This document shows, in pieces, positions 1 to 9,445 of a stretch of 64,000 bases of DNA. Source of the stretch: an uncultured Gammaproteobacteria bacterium (GTDB lineage: Bacteria > Patescibacteriota > Microgenomatia > UBA8517); NCBI GenBank assembly GCA_964430475.1, contig CAYSEQ010000002.1, positions 7,706 through 71,705 on the forward strand, read 5' to 3'. Position 1 is the stretch's first letter. The number at the start of each line of letters is the position of its first letter. Below the pieces are notes generated by a model, which saw only the letters and a program-made list of their open reading frames with translations, ran no database searches and was not told the origin of the DNA. A program made the position numbers and the translations under genes.

Positions 1-2387
1 TGGTAACTGTTAATGATTATCTAGCAAGAAGAGACGCAGGGTGGAATGGACCCACCTTCCATTTATTAGGACTTTCTGTGGGTTCAATTATTCAGGAGGG
101 TAAATCATTTTTATACGATCCAGAATATAACGACCCAAGCCATGGTGATGAACGTCTTGCCCATCTTAAACCAGTTGATCGGAAGTTGGCTTATGAAGCA
201 GATATTACTTATGGAACAAACAATGAATTTGGTTTTGACTATCTAAGGGATAATATGGTCCAGGATCTTGCGCAAACAGTCCAAAGAGGTCATTATTTTG
301 CCATTGTTGATGAGGTAGACTCTGTCTTGATTGACGAGGCGCGGACTCCTTTGATAATTTCTGCACCTGAGACAGAACCAACCGATAAATATTATAAATT
401 TGCCCAACTTGTGGAAAAATTAAACCCTGATACGGATTTTAAGATTGATGAGAAGGTAAAATCAGCAACTCTTACAGAACACGGTATTGCAAGGGTTGAG
501 AAGATTTTGGGTGTTAATAACTTATATGAAAAAGATTGGGACACTATCCATCACATTGAGAATGCCTTAAGAGCCAAGACTCTTTATCTAAAAGATAGGG
601 ATTATATTGTTAAGGATGATCAGGTAATTATAGTAGATGAGTTTACAGGAAGACTGATGTTTGGAAGGCGTTGGAGTGACGGTTTGCACCAAGCAGTTGA
701 GGCAAAAGAAGGTGTTCCGATCCAACAAGAAAGCAAAACACTAGCAACAATCTCCTTTCAAAATTATTTCAGGATGTATGAGGTTTTGTCGGGTATGACC
801 GGCACTGCAGCCACAGAGGCAGAGGAATTTAAGAAAATTTATAAACTTGATGTTGTGGTAATTCCCACCCATAAACCAATGATTAGAAAAGATTTTCCTG
901 ATGTTATCTATAAAACACAAAGGGCAAAATACGGGGCTGTTGTTAACGAGATAGTAGATTGTTATAGAAAAGGTCAACCTGTTTTGGTGGGTACAACTTC
1001 GATTGAAAAAAACGAGATTATAAGCGAATATTTGAAACGCAAAAAAATTCCCCATAATGTGCTCAATGCCAAAAACCATGAGAAGGAGGCAATGATTATA
1101 GCCGATGCTGGCAAACCAAAGGCTGTTACTGTTGCTACGAATATGGCTGGAAGAGGAGTGGATATTGTTTTGGGTGGGGCCTTACCCGATAGAAATCCAG
1201 AAGTTTCTCAAAAAGAGTTTGAGAGTTCAAAAGAGTTTAAAGACTGGTTAAGGCGTCATGAGGAAGTAGTTAAAGCTGGCGGGCTACATGTTATAGGTAC
1301 TGAGCGACATGAATCAAGAAGGATTGATAACCAGTTGCGAGGTCGGGCTGGTAGACAGGGCGATCCTGGCTCCAGTCGTTTTTATTTATCGCTAGAGGAT
1401 GATTTGATGAGGATTTTTGGTGGAGAACAGATAAGTTCTTTGATGGATAGACTTAAAATTCCAGAGGATCAGCCGATAGAGAATAAATTGATAAGCCGTT
1501 CAATAGAACAAGCACAGATTAAAGTTGAAGGCTTTCATTTTGACGCGAGAAAAAGTTTGGTTGAATACGACGATGTTATTAATCAGCAAAGAGAAATTAT
1601 CTATAAGTTAAGGCGTAGGGTTCTTGAATCTGACAATCTTAAAGATGAAGTGGTGGAGAAGCTGAGAAATCAAATCGATAAAATTATCTTGATATCAACG
1701 GATACGAACACGGATAGCGTGGATACAGAAAAGGTTATCGTAAACCTTTTGGATATTGTTCCATTTGATGATTCCTCAGTTAAAAAAATTAAAATTGAGT
1801 TGGGCAAGGTGAACAATAGAGAGGAAATAAAAAATCTTTTGAATAGAATTATTGAGGATGTTTATTTAGCAAGGGAGAAAGATTTGGGGGATAAGTTAAT
1901 GCGACAGGTTGAAAAGTTTGCCTATCTTTCTTCAATAGACAGACATTGGATTGATCATATAGACCATTTAGATGGACTGCGGGAGGGGGTAAGACTCAGA
2001 GCTTATGGACAACGCGATCCTTTGGTTGAATTTAAAAATGAAGCATACGAACTTTTTGAGGGATTAATTGAGAGAATTGACTCCGAACTTGCAAGAAGAA
2101 TATTTAGGATTGGAATTGTGGGACAACCACGCCCCGAAATTCCATTAGAATCCGCAGTAACTAATGTTGATACTTCTGATGACACAGGTCTTGTGGATGC
2201 GGTGATTCCTTCATTAAGCCCTAAGGAAGAGGAAAAAGCTTTTGCCCGTAGTGCGAGGTTAAATCAACCAGAGCCTATTGCGAATAGCCTGAATCCCCGC
2301 ACAACTAGAAAAATTGGAAGAAACGATCCTTGTTGGTGTGGCTCAGGGAAGAAGTGGAAGAAATGTCATTATCCCCAATTGGGATGA
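1..2387 (+). CDS. secA: Preprotein translocase subunit SecA, 3' portion; the 5' end lies upstream of the window
   Basis: Open frame from base 1. SecA motor and helical scaffold motifs (…DEVDSVLIDEARTPLIIS…, …GTERHESRRIDNQLRGRAGRQGDPG…). C-terminal zinc finger CWCGSGKKWKKCH. Ends at TGA. Confidence 0.95.
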   Translation, partial: VTVNDYLARRDAGWNGPTFHLLGLSVGSIIQEGKSFLYDPEYNDPSHGDERLAHLKPVDRKLAYEADITYGTNNEFGFDYLRDNMVQDLAQTVQRGHYFAIVDEVDSVLIDEARTPLIISAPETEPTDKYYKFAQLVEKLNPDTDFKIDEKVKSATLTEHGIARVEKILGVNNLYEKDWDTIHHIENALRAKTLYLKDRDYIVKDDQVIIVDEFTGRLMFGRRWSDGLHQAVEAKEGVPIQQESKTLATISFQNYFRMYEVLSGMTGTAATEAEEFKKIYKLDVVVIPTHKPMIRKDFPDVIYKTQRAKYGAVVNEIVDCYRKGQPVLVGTTSIEKNEIISEYLKRKKIPHNVLNAKNHEKEAMIIADAGKPKAVTVATNMAGRGVDIVLGGALPDRNPEVSQKEFESSKEFKDWLRRHEEVVKAGGLHVIGTERHESRRIDNQLRGRAGRQGDPGSSRFYLSLEDDLMRIFGGEQISSLMDRLKIPEDQPIENKLISRSIEQAQIKVEGFHFDARKSLVEYDDVINQQREIIYKLRRRVLESDNLKDEVVEKLRNQIDKIILISTDTNTDSVDTEKVIVNLLDIVPFDDSSVKKIKIELGKVNNREEIKNLLNRIIEDVYLAREKDLGDKLMRQVEKFAYLSSIDRHWIDHIDHLDGLREGVRLRAYGQRDPLVEFKNEAYELFEGLIERIDSELARRIFRIGIVGQPRPEIPLESAVTNVDTSDDTGLVDAVIPSLSPKEEEKAFARSARLNQPEPIANSLNPRTTRKIGRNDPCWCGSGKKWKKCHYPQLG

Positions 2388-2636
2388 TTTTGCCTAAAAA
2401 CCCGGTGTTTGAACCTAGTCAAGTGTCTCCTACACCTCTAAGGTGTATAAAAAGGTGTATAAATAGGTATGTGAGGTATGTGTAATAGGTATGTAATAAT
2501 ATGTAGAGGAGGCCAAGTGTTTGGATCAAAGGAATTAAATTTTTCTCTGCATAAGTTCAGATACATATTAGACTCATTCAAGGAAAAAGAATGAGTTATC
2601 TATGTAAGAAGGACAAGCTTTATTTTTAAGGGTGTT

Positions 2637-2819
2637 TTGAGGTATTCTAGATTATGGAAGAGCAAAAAGACGAAAGCCTTCAACAATGAACTTATCGATG
2701 ATCTTCTCTTCTACAGTACACAAAGACCACATAATTCCCTAGGCAATCAGGAACCAATGAGAGCTGTAGTAGAATATTTTAAGAAGTCTAATATGTATTG
2801 GACCAATACATGGGGTTGA
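2637..2819 (+). pseudogene. IS transposase C-terminal fragment (end of a DDE integrase core, …YSTQRPHNSLG…)
   Basis: 60-aa ORF matching only the extreme C-terminus of IS3/IS481-type transposases. No upstream catalytic region. Confidence 0.6.
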
Positions 2820-2925
2820 CTGGAAACTCCAATTCAGCTCCTATCAAAATAGGAGGATATCTAGTTGTAATATTCAATATCCTAAATGAAAACAAAACAA
2901 GAAAAGAGAGGAGGTGACAAAAAGA

Positions 2926-3117
2926 ATGGGTGTTGAGAATCCTTCAATTGAAGTGGGTATTGAGCGAAATTCTAAAGTAAAAGCTGAACTGACTCAGCGC
3001 TCAAAAATTGATTTAGTCGAAGCAAAAGATCCCCTAATAGAAGCCAACGGATTTAACGGAACATGTAGTAATAGTGGCAATGGTTGTACAGGATCTTGTA
3101 ACCACTCATCGAAATAA
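2926..3117 (+). CDS. TOMM/LAP precursor peptide: ~45-aa leader plus Cys/Ser/Thr/Gly-rich core (…NGFNGTCSNSGNGCTGSCNHSSK)
   Basis: Small ORF 65 bp upstream of the YcaO gene. Strong SD (GGAGGTGA) 9 nt before the ATG at 2926; the ORF track starts at an in-frame GTG at 2914. The C-terminal 22 aa are 70% C/S/T/G/N. Confidence 0.7.
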   Translation: MGVENPSIEVGIERNSKVKAELTQRSKIDLVEAKDPLIEANGFNGTCSNSGNGCTGSCNHSSK

Positions 3118-3182
3118 AAAACTCTGCCACTAGTAGTAATAAAAGGCATGCGTAGATAATTCCGTCAGGAGGTGATGTCTTT

Positions 3183-4526
3183 ATGGATAGACTTATTCTC
3201 TCTTGGGAGAAAGAACTTGATAATCACCAACTGTTAAAGAATATAAATAATCTCATAAACGATAAGTATATTGTTAAAAATTTTAGTAAATCTCCGAGAT
3301 ATTATGATGAACCAAAGCTATACCAATATTCAGTACAAATTGCGGATACAAGATATAAGTCAGATGCAGATAGAGCTGCTGGTTATAGCGGGGGCGCCTC
3401 TTTTGATGAGAGCAAGGCAATAATTAAAGCTGTTTGTGAAGCAGTAGAAAGGTATTGTCTTGCAATCTATAAAGAAAAAGATCTCATCAGAGCATCTTAC
3501 AGTAAAATAAAAAACAGAAGTATTCCCCTAAAAAACATTATTTCTTTTTCCGCTACCCAGTTGAAAGCGAAAAGTCTATCCAGTTGTAAATATACTGATA
3601 AAACAAATTTTTTCTGGGCAAATGGTAAATCCATATTTGACAATAAGCCAGTTTTAATTCCAGCACAACTAATTTTCGTTCCATATAATTTCAAAAAAGA
3701 GAAAATAATTCGATTGCCAATAAGTACTGGTGCAGCATCTGGTACTTCTTTTACAGGAGCTTTATTGCGGGGAATCTTAGAAATAATTGAGAGAGATGCC
3801 TTTATGATCCATTACTTATCTAATGTTTGTGGAGAGCTTATTGATTTTTCCGACAATGATCGACTTTTAAGCATTAAAAATTATTTTAAAAAATATAGAT
3901 TGGATTTATATTTAATAAATCTACCTACAGACCTAAAAATTTATACATTTTTAACCTTAATTATCGATAAGACAGGTGTGGGTCCAGCCGTCTCAGCGGG
4001 TTTAAAAGCTGGTCTTGATTCACTTGAAACAGCTATTGGCTCCATAGAAGAAGGATGGCATTCAAGACCTTGGATAAGAGACGAGCTTAACAAAAAGCCT
4101 GATTTAAATAAGATTATTTCTGAGGGAAAAACTTTGCATGATATTAAAAAAAGAGGGCTATTTTGGTCTTCAATAGAAATGATAAAGTATGTCGATCCCT
4201 GGATAAATAATAAACGAGTTATAAGATTTAACAAGTTACGTTCTCTTTCTAAAGGTAAGCTCATAAGTGATCTGCATTATATTTTAAGTCTTCTGAGATC
4301 AAAGGGACATAATGTCTATTATGTTGATATAACGAGACCCGAAGTAGAGAAATACAGATTTAAAGTTTTGAAGGCGGTAATCCCTTCTTTACATCCACTA
4401 TATCTGGATGAACCATACCCATATTTAGGAGGTAATCGTATTTATCAATTACCTGTAGGGCTAGGCTACAAAGAAAATGCGTTGACAGAATCGGAACTTA
4501 ATCGGACGCCCCATTTCTTTTTATGA
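3183..4526 (+). CDS. YcaO-domain cyclodehydratase (TOMM D-protein type)
   Basis: Canonical YcaO ATP-binding motif …SGGASFDESKAIIKAVCEAVERYC…. Pro-rich C-terminal motif (…LHPLYLDEPYPY…). SD AGGAGGTGA upstream. Confidence 0.85.
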   Translation: MDRLILSWEKELDNHQLLKNINNLINDKYIVKNFSKSPRYYDEPKLYQYSVQIADTRYKSDADRAAGYSGGASFDESKAIIKAVCEAVERYCLAIYKEKDLIRASYSKIKNRSIPLKNIISFSATQLKAKSLSSCKYTDKTNFFWANGKSIFDNKPVLIPAQLIFVPYNFKKEKIIRLPISTGAASGTSFTGALLRGILEIIERDAFMIHYLSNVCGELIDFSDNDRLLSIKNYFKKYRLDLYLINLPTDLKIYTFLTLIIDKTGVGPAVSAGLKAGLDSLETAIGSIEEGWHSRPWIRDELNKKPDLNKIISEGKTLHDIKKRGLFWSSIEMIKYVDPWINNKRVIRFNKLRSLSKGKLISDLHYILSLLRSKGHNVYYVDITRPEVEKYRFKVLKAVIPSLHPLYLDEPYPYLGGNRIYQLPVGLGYKENALTESELNRTPHFFL

Positions 4527-5263
4527 AGAATCAGAGTAAGTATTATTTTTACAAATTTCATGAAGCTTCAAGTATAAAAAAAGCTAAAAGGTTGCCCTCC
4601 CGCGATAAATGGCCGGAGTCTTGGAAGAGAATTTATTTTAAGGGATATCCTAGATTTGAAAGAATTTATCTGAATAAATCTGCCTGGTTTAATAAAAATT
4701 ATGATTTGATTAACACAATTCTTGAGCGCAGAAGTGTAAGAGAATCTAACTTACCAATGTTTTCCAAGGATGATTTATCTCTGCTTTTATTAGGCGGTGC
4801 TATTACGAAAACTGACTCTAATGTTTTTTATGACTCTTATAGATCGTATCCTTCTGCTGGTGCAAGATACCCTTGTGAAATTTATATTTTTTTAAATAAG
4901 GTTAAAAATTTGAAGGGCGGTCTATATCACTACCATGTCAGGACTCATTCTCTGGAATACCTCTGGCCTATAAATTCCGAAGAAATAAAGAGATGCTTTC
5001 CTAATCAAAATTTCGTAACAAGAAGTAAGGCAATTGTTATAATTACAGCCATTATGAGCAGAAATATTAGTAAATATTCAGAACGTGGCTATAGATTTGC
5101 TTTGTTGGAAGCTGGGCATATAGGCCAAAATGTTTGCCTTATTGCTACCGCTATGGGTATGAGTGCATGTCCAATAGGGGGGTTTCATGACAAAAATCTA
5201 GCAGATTTGATTGACATCGACTCTAATGAAGAGCTGCCTTTATATTGCGTTTCAATTTTATGA
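4523..5263 (+). CDS. SagB-type FMN-dependent dehydrogenase (nitroreductase superfamily; TOMM B protein)
   Basis: N-terminal RRSVRES and the diagnostic …YPSAGARYPCEIY… motif of SagB-like azoline oxidases. 4-nt overlap with the YcaO gene (translational coupling). Confidence 0.8.
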   Translation: MKNQSKYYFYKFHEASSIKKAKRLPSRDKWPESWKRIYFKGYPRFERIYLNKSAWFNKNYDLINTILERRSVRESNLPMFSKDDLSLLLLGGAITKTDSNVFYDSYRSYPSAGARYPCEIYIFLNKVKNLKGGLYHYHVRTHSLEYLWPINSEEIKRCFPNQNFVTRSKAIVIITAIMSRNISKYSERGYRFALLEAGHIGQNVCLIATAMGMSACPIGGFHDKNLADLIDIDSNEELPLYCVSIL

Positions 5264-5285
5264 TAACCTTATGAGAGAAAGAGAT

Positions 5286-7006
5286 ATGCCTAAACCCATA
5301 GAAAAAAAACGACGCATTATGGGGTTTTTGCAACGAACCTTTATCTTTCAAGAGGGGGGAAGGAGTTACTAAGAGAAGCTACATTCTCTATTTATCCTGG
5401 TAGAAAGGTCGCTTTAATTGGGAGAAATGGTAGTGGCAAGACTACCTTGTTAGAGACGATCAACGCTGTAGCAAGGGGTCAAGAGTTACCTGAAGGGGTA
5501 GATGTACGTGGTTCCCTCACAATTCCAAGAAGGACAAAGACTGGCTATCTTCCACAAAGTGTACAAGTAAGTTTCTCCGGAACTGTAAAAGAGTACTTAG
5601 ATTTTTGCGCGGAAGAGGTATCACAAGTTTTCAACAGATATCATGAACTTGAAGAAAAATTAGCTAAGAGAACAGATAATGAGGTCATAAATGAGTTTGG
5701 GGAAATTTTGGGGAAAATGGCCGATCTTAATGCATGGGATTTACCTAAGAATAGAAGATTGATTTTAGAAGGTCTGGGATTATCTGATGAATATTTAAGC
5801 CGAAATATTAAAGAGATTAGTGGAGGGGAATCTACCAAAGTTGCTCTTGCAGGAATTCTATTATCTTCGCCAAACCTAATACTTCTTGACGAGCCGACAA
5901 ATAATTTGGATCCCAGAAGTTTAATCTTTCTTGAGAATTGGATCAGAAATGATATCTCGTCTTTGCTTCTGGTTTCTCATGATAGAGAGTTTTTGGATAG
6001 AACTATAGATGAGATTATTGAGATAGATGAAGCAACCAGAAAAGTTTTGCTTTTTGGAGGCAACTATTCTTTTTATTTTCAAAAAAAGAAAGAAAATTAT
6101 GAGGCTCAACTAAGACAGTTTGAGGAGCAACAAAGAAAAAGAAGGCAGCTCGAAGCAGAAGCTGATAGATTGAGATCGGAAGCCAGAAGATTGGAATCAA
6201 TTTCTACAAACGCCTTCTACAGAGCAAAAGGTGCGGGTTTGGCGAGGCGAGCAAGAGTTCAATTAGAACGGATAGAAAGAGAGCTTACTCAAATTCCTAA
6301 ACCCGAGCCACCTAAAAAACCCACAATCACTGTATTTGAGACAGAAGTAAGACAAGATTTATTAGTGCAAGCAGAAGATTTATCATTCTCTTATACAAAT
6401 AATAAAAAACTGCTCTCTGAAGTGTCATTTATTGTCCATGGTGGCGAAAGAATAGGTATAATTGGGCCTAATGGTTCGGGGAAAACTACTTTGCTAAAGC
6501 TTCTTTTGGGTGAAATACAGCCCACATCAGGCAACGTAACTTTAGCAAGAAGTGCAGTTGTTGGTTATCTTCCCCAAGCAACGACAATTAGCAACCCAAA
6601 AGAGAACGTTTTAGATTTTATTAGGAAAAGAGCATCTCTTTCAGAAGATGATGCTAAAACGTTACTTGGTAAAGTGCTTTTCACCGATCCATCTCATCTC
6701 CGAGTTGGAGATTTTAGTGCCGGCGAGCTGAGAAGAGTTGAACTCGTAGGACTATTTGCTTCTAAACCAAACATCATTTTCCTTGATGAGCCGACTAATC
6801 ATTTAGATATTTATACGATAGAAATGTTAGAAGATGCATTAGATAATTACAAGGGAGGTTTAATAGCAGTATCTCATGATGAGAGATTCCTTAAAAATAT
6901 ACGTCCAAATAGAATAGTTATATTCGAAGGAGAGGGGAATTTGGTAAGCCGGGTTGTCAAGAAGTCCGACGATGTTTCAAAAATTTTTGAAGAAGTGTTC
7001 AGTTGA
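5286..7006 (+). CDS. ABC-F family ATPase: two ABC domains, no TM, charged inter-domain linker. The reading frame is interrupted near the 5' end at an A8 run
   Basis: Walker A GRNGSGKTT (domain 1) and GPNGSGKTT (domain 2). Signatures LSGGE and FSAGE. Arg/Glu-rich linker RQFEEQQRKRRQLEAEADRLRSEARRLE. The ATG at 5286 (after SD GAGAGAAAGAGAT) reads MPKPIEKK, then the frame switches at AAAAAAAA (5302-5309) into …TTHYGVFATNLYLSRGGKELL…. Confidence 0.75.
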
Positions 7007-7424
7007 TATCAAAATGAACTAATCAACACAAGATAGCCTTTAAAGTTATCTAACAAAAGACAAGGTTAGTATTAAGACATTTCTCTAATATGGATACTTA
7101 TACACTCTATAAGCCTAAGCAATCGATAAAGTCAGCAGTTGGAGCTTCCTGGTAGAAAAATTCAGAAGAAGAGAAACATCGCTGACACTCCTATCAAACC
7201 ATGTCAGCAAGAAGGTAGAAAATTCCACCTTCCTCGGAAATTACTCCTAGAGAAGTAATCTCTCATATCGGTTTACTAAGGGTATAAACCCAATATGGGT
7301 GATATTAATTAATATACTAGCACAAAAGAGGTTGGCATTTTGGGAGTTTAACAACATTGTAAAAGACTCAAAGTAATTCACATATTTAAAATAAAAGAGT
7401 TAAAAACACCACAAGATAATCCAA

Positions 7425-7603
7425 TGGATGCAGGGTTCAAGAGGACCGTTAAAGAAGGATTCGTGGAAGTCAATGAGTATTTTGAAGAACACCTGGTAGA
7501 TGCTGATTTAACCAAAGCCAACAATGAACTTAGAGGATGGCTTGTATTCTACAACTTCACCAGACCCCATCAAGCACTTAACTATCTAACACCAATAAGG
7601 TAA
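7425..7603 (+). pseudogene. IS transposase fragment, C-terminal end of an integrase core (…FYNFTRPHQALNYLTP…)
   Basis: Short ORF with only a terminal rve-domain motif. Confidence 0.6.
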
Positions 7604-7699
7604 TACTAGCCAGAGAGTGTCCGTGATGTCCCCTTCTGGTACATCTACTATCTTTTTATGCAAGAAAAAGATTAAGGATGCTAAGGGTTCTTTACTTGG

Positions 7700-8180
7700 C
7701 CTTATCAATAAGTCCCGTAGGTCTTACAATACAAGAAGAATGTATGTTGCCAACCTGTTTTTGAGTTTATCAAAGGCTTAAGAGAAAAATACCCAAGATT
7801 AGGTAAGGAGAAAATCAAAATTCTTCTTGATCAATACTGTCAAGAAAACAATCTCAAAACTATTTCTGTCTCCAAAATTGGCAGGATTATCAAAAAGAAC
7901 AACTGGTTTTTATACCTTGGAAAAAGAACTAAACAGACTGTTAAACAAAACAAGAAAAGAGTCTTTGGTTGGTTAGGTTGATAACCCAGGAGATTTATTC
8001 CAGATAGATACCCTGATTAGATTTGAGCATAAAGTCAAAAGATACATCCTCACTGCCTGTAATGTTGTTTCTAAGTTTTCTTTCGCCTTTGCCTATAAAT
8101 CTCATAGCTCTAAACAACCCTCTGATTTTAAGGTCTATGCTAGGATGATTTTGGAATTTTACAGGAAGAAATTGGATTAA
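7700..8180 (+). pseudogene. Decayed IS transposase N-terminal HTH region and start of the DDE domain, broken over several frames
   Basis: Fragments YPRLGKEKIKILLDQYCQENNLKTISVSKIGRIIKKN and IPGDLFQIDTLIRFEHKVKRYILTACNVVSKFSFAFAYKS lie in different frames with stops between them. Confidence 0.55.
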
Positions 8181-8352
8181 CTTAAAGTCCGACTTCTGAA
8201 GGGAGGATATTTAGCATAAATTCTTCGGGTTTTTCAGTAAAGATTATCCGTTTTCCTAAAGCCTGTGCATAACCAATCTCGATTAAGGCAGACGCTCCTA
8301 CATAGCCATCTTTATCACAGACAATTAGAGCATCGGACCCCTCTATGGAATC

Positions 8353-9445
8353 CTAAAGATACCTTTCAAGCTCAAGGGATGTTGACCTTTCTTCACCTCC
8401 AAAAACTATGAACTCTTCGCCTGGGTTTTTGGGTTCTGTAAATCTTGGGCTCAATACTTCAACCCCTTTATCGTCCAACTGTTTTCTAATTTTCAAAATA
8501 TAATCTAAGTACTTACGGAAGCTTCCCCTTATTGTTACATGGCGAAACTCTTGTCTTGCAACTCCATCTATGAGGTTTGAGTTAGAGGGAATTATTGTCT
8601 CAATTTTATACTTCTGACAAATTGCTTGAGCTATAGCACTACAAGCCCTTGCTCCATGCATCCATCTGGGGTTATCGGGCATAAGTGCCTCTAATTCGGA
8701 CAGGGTTACTTTCGAAAATATTTCATTATTTCTTTTAGCAAAGTCATCAAAAGAAATAAGACTTGGGTGGTCTTTGTCGTTAAATAATTTATTATCTTGT
8801 GGTTTATATGAAGCAATTCGCATATAAGTTAGTTCGCCGCCAGAGTAGAAAGCTAATTTGACTTTATTTTGCAAAGAGGGGAGTTTTTTCTTTATAAATT
8901 CAACTGTTTTTTCGAGACTAAATTTGGAAACTTCTTCATTTATTTCCTGAAATTCAGTCAAAATTGTTCCGACCCCTATTTCAATGTTTTTCGTCTCAAT
9001 CGCCTCTTTTCCTAACATCACAACAAGTTCAGTTGAACTACCGCCAATATTAATTAGAAGAAGTGGATCTTTGACATTTTCGTATTTTCCGACAAGTGTA
9101 ACTTGGAGATAGAAGCTTTCAAGGTCATGCTCTATGATATTAAAGAAAAGGCCAGTTTTCTGGAAAAATTCATCGATAAATTCACGTCTTGTCTTGGGAG
9201 AAAGTTTGCGATAAAGGGCAATCGCATAAAGCTTAATTAGTGTTTTAGGATATTTGTTTTTGACCTCAGAGGTTAATTCATAAAGCTGTTTTTTGTTTTC
9301 TTCTGAAATTCCCTTGTCAGGGTCAAAATTGTCTTTGAATGGAATAGAGCGGCTTAGCAGAAGTTTGGGAGAATTAGAAGAATTCTATAAATCTTAACGG
9401 TAGATGAGCCTATATCAACAAGGATTTTTTATTGTTTCGTTGCAT
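8353..9445 (-). pseudogene. ppx: Exopolyphosphatase / guanosine pentaphosphate phosphohydrolase (Ppx/GppA family) with two apparent frameshifts in the 5' region
   Basis: Minus-strand translation gives MQRNNKK | ILVDIGSSTVKIYRILLILP | KLLLSRSIPFKD…LLLINIGGSSTELVVMLGKEAIE… (Ppx/GppA ATPase motifs). The frame changes at an AAAAAA run (~9425) and at CCCAAAC (~9365). Confidence 0.6.

Noticed and set aside
5447-7006. ORF-track start of the ABC-F at 5447 (TTG)
   Set aside because: The Walker A motif and ~50 conserved N-terminal residues lie upstream in the same frame, so the true gene begins near 5286 with a frameshift. 5447 is an artefact of ORF calling.
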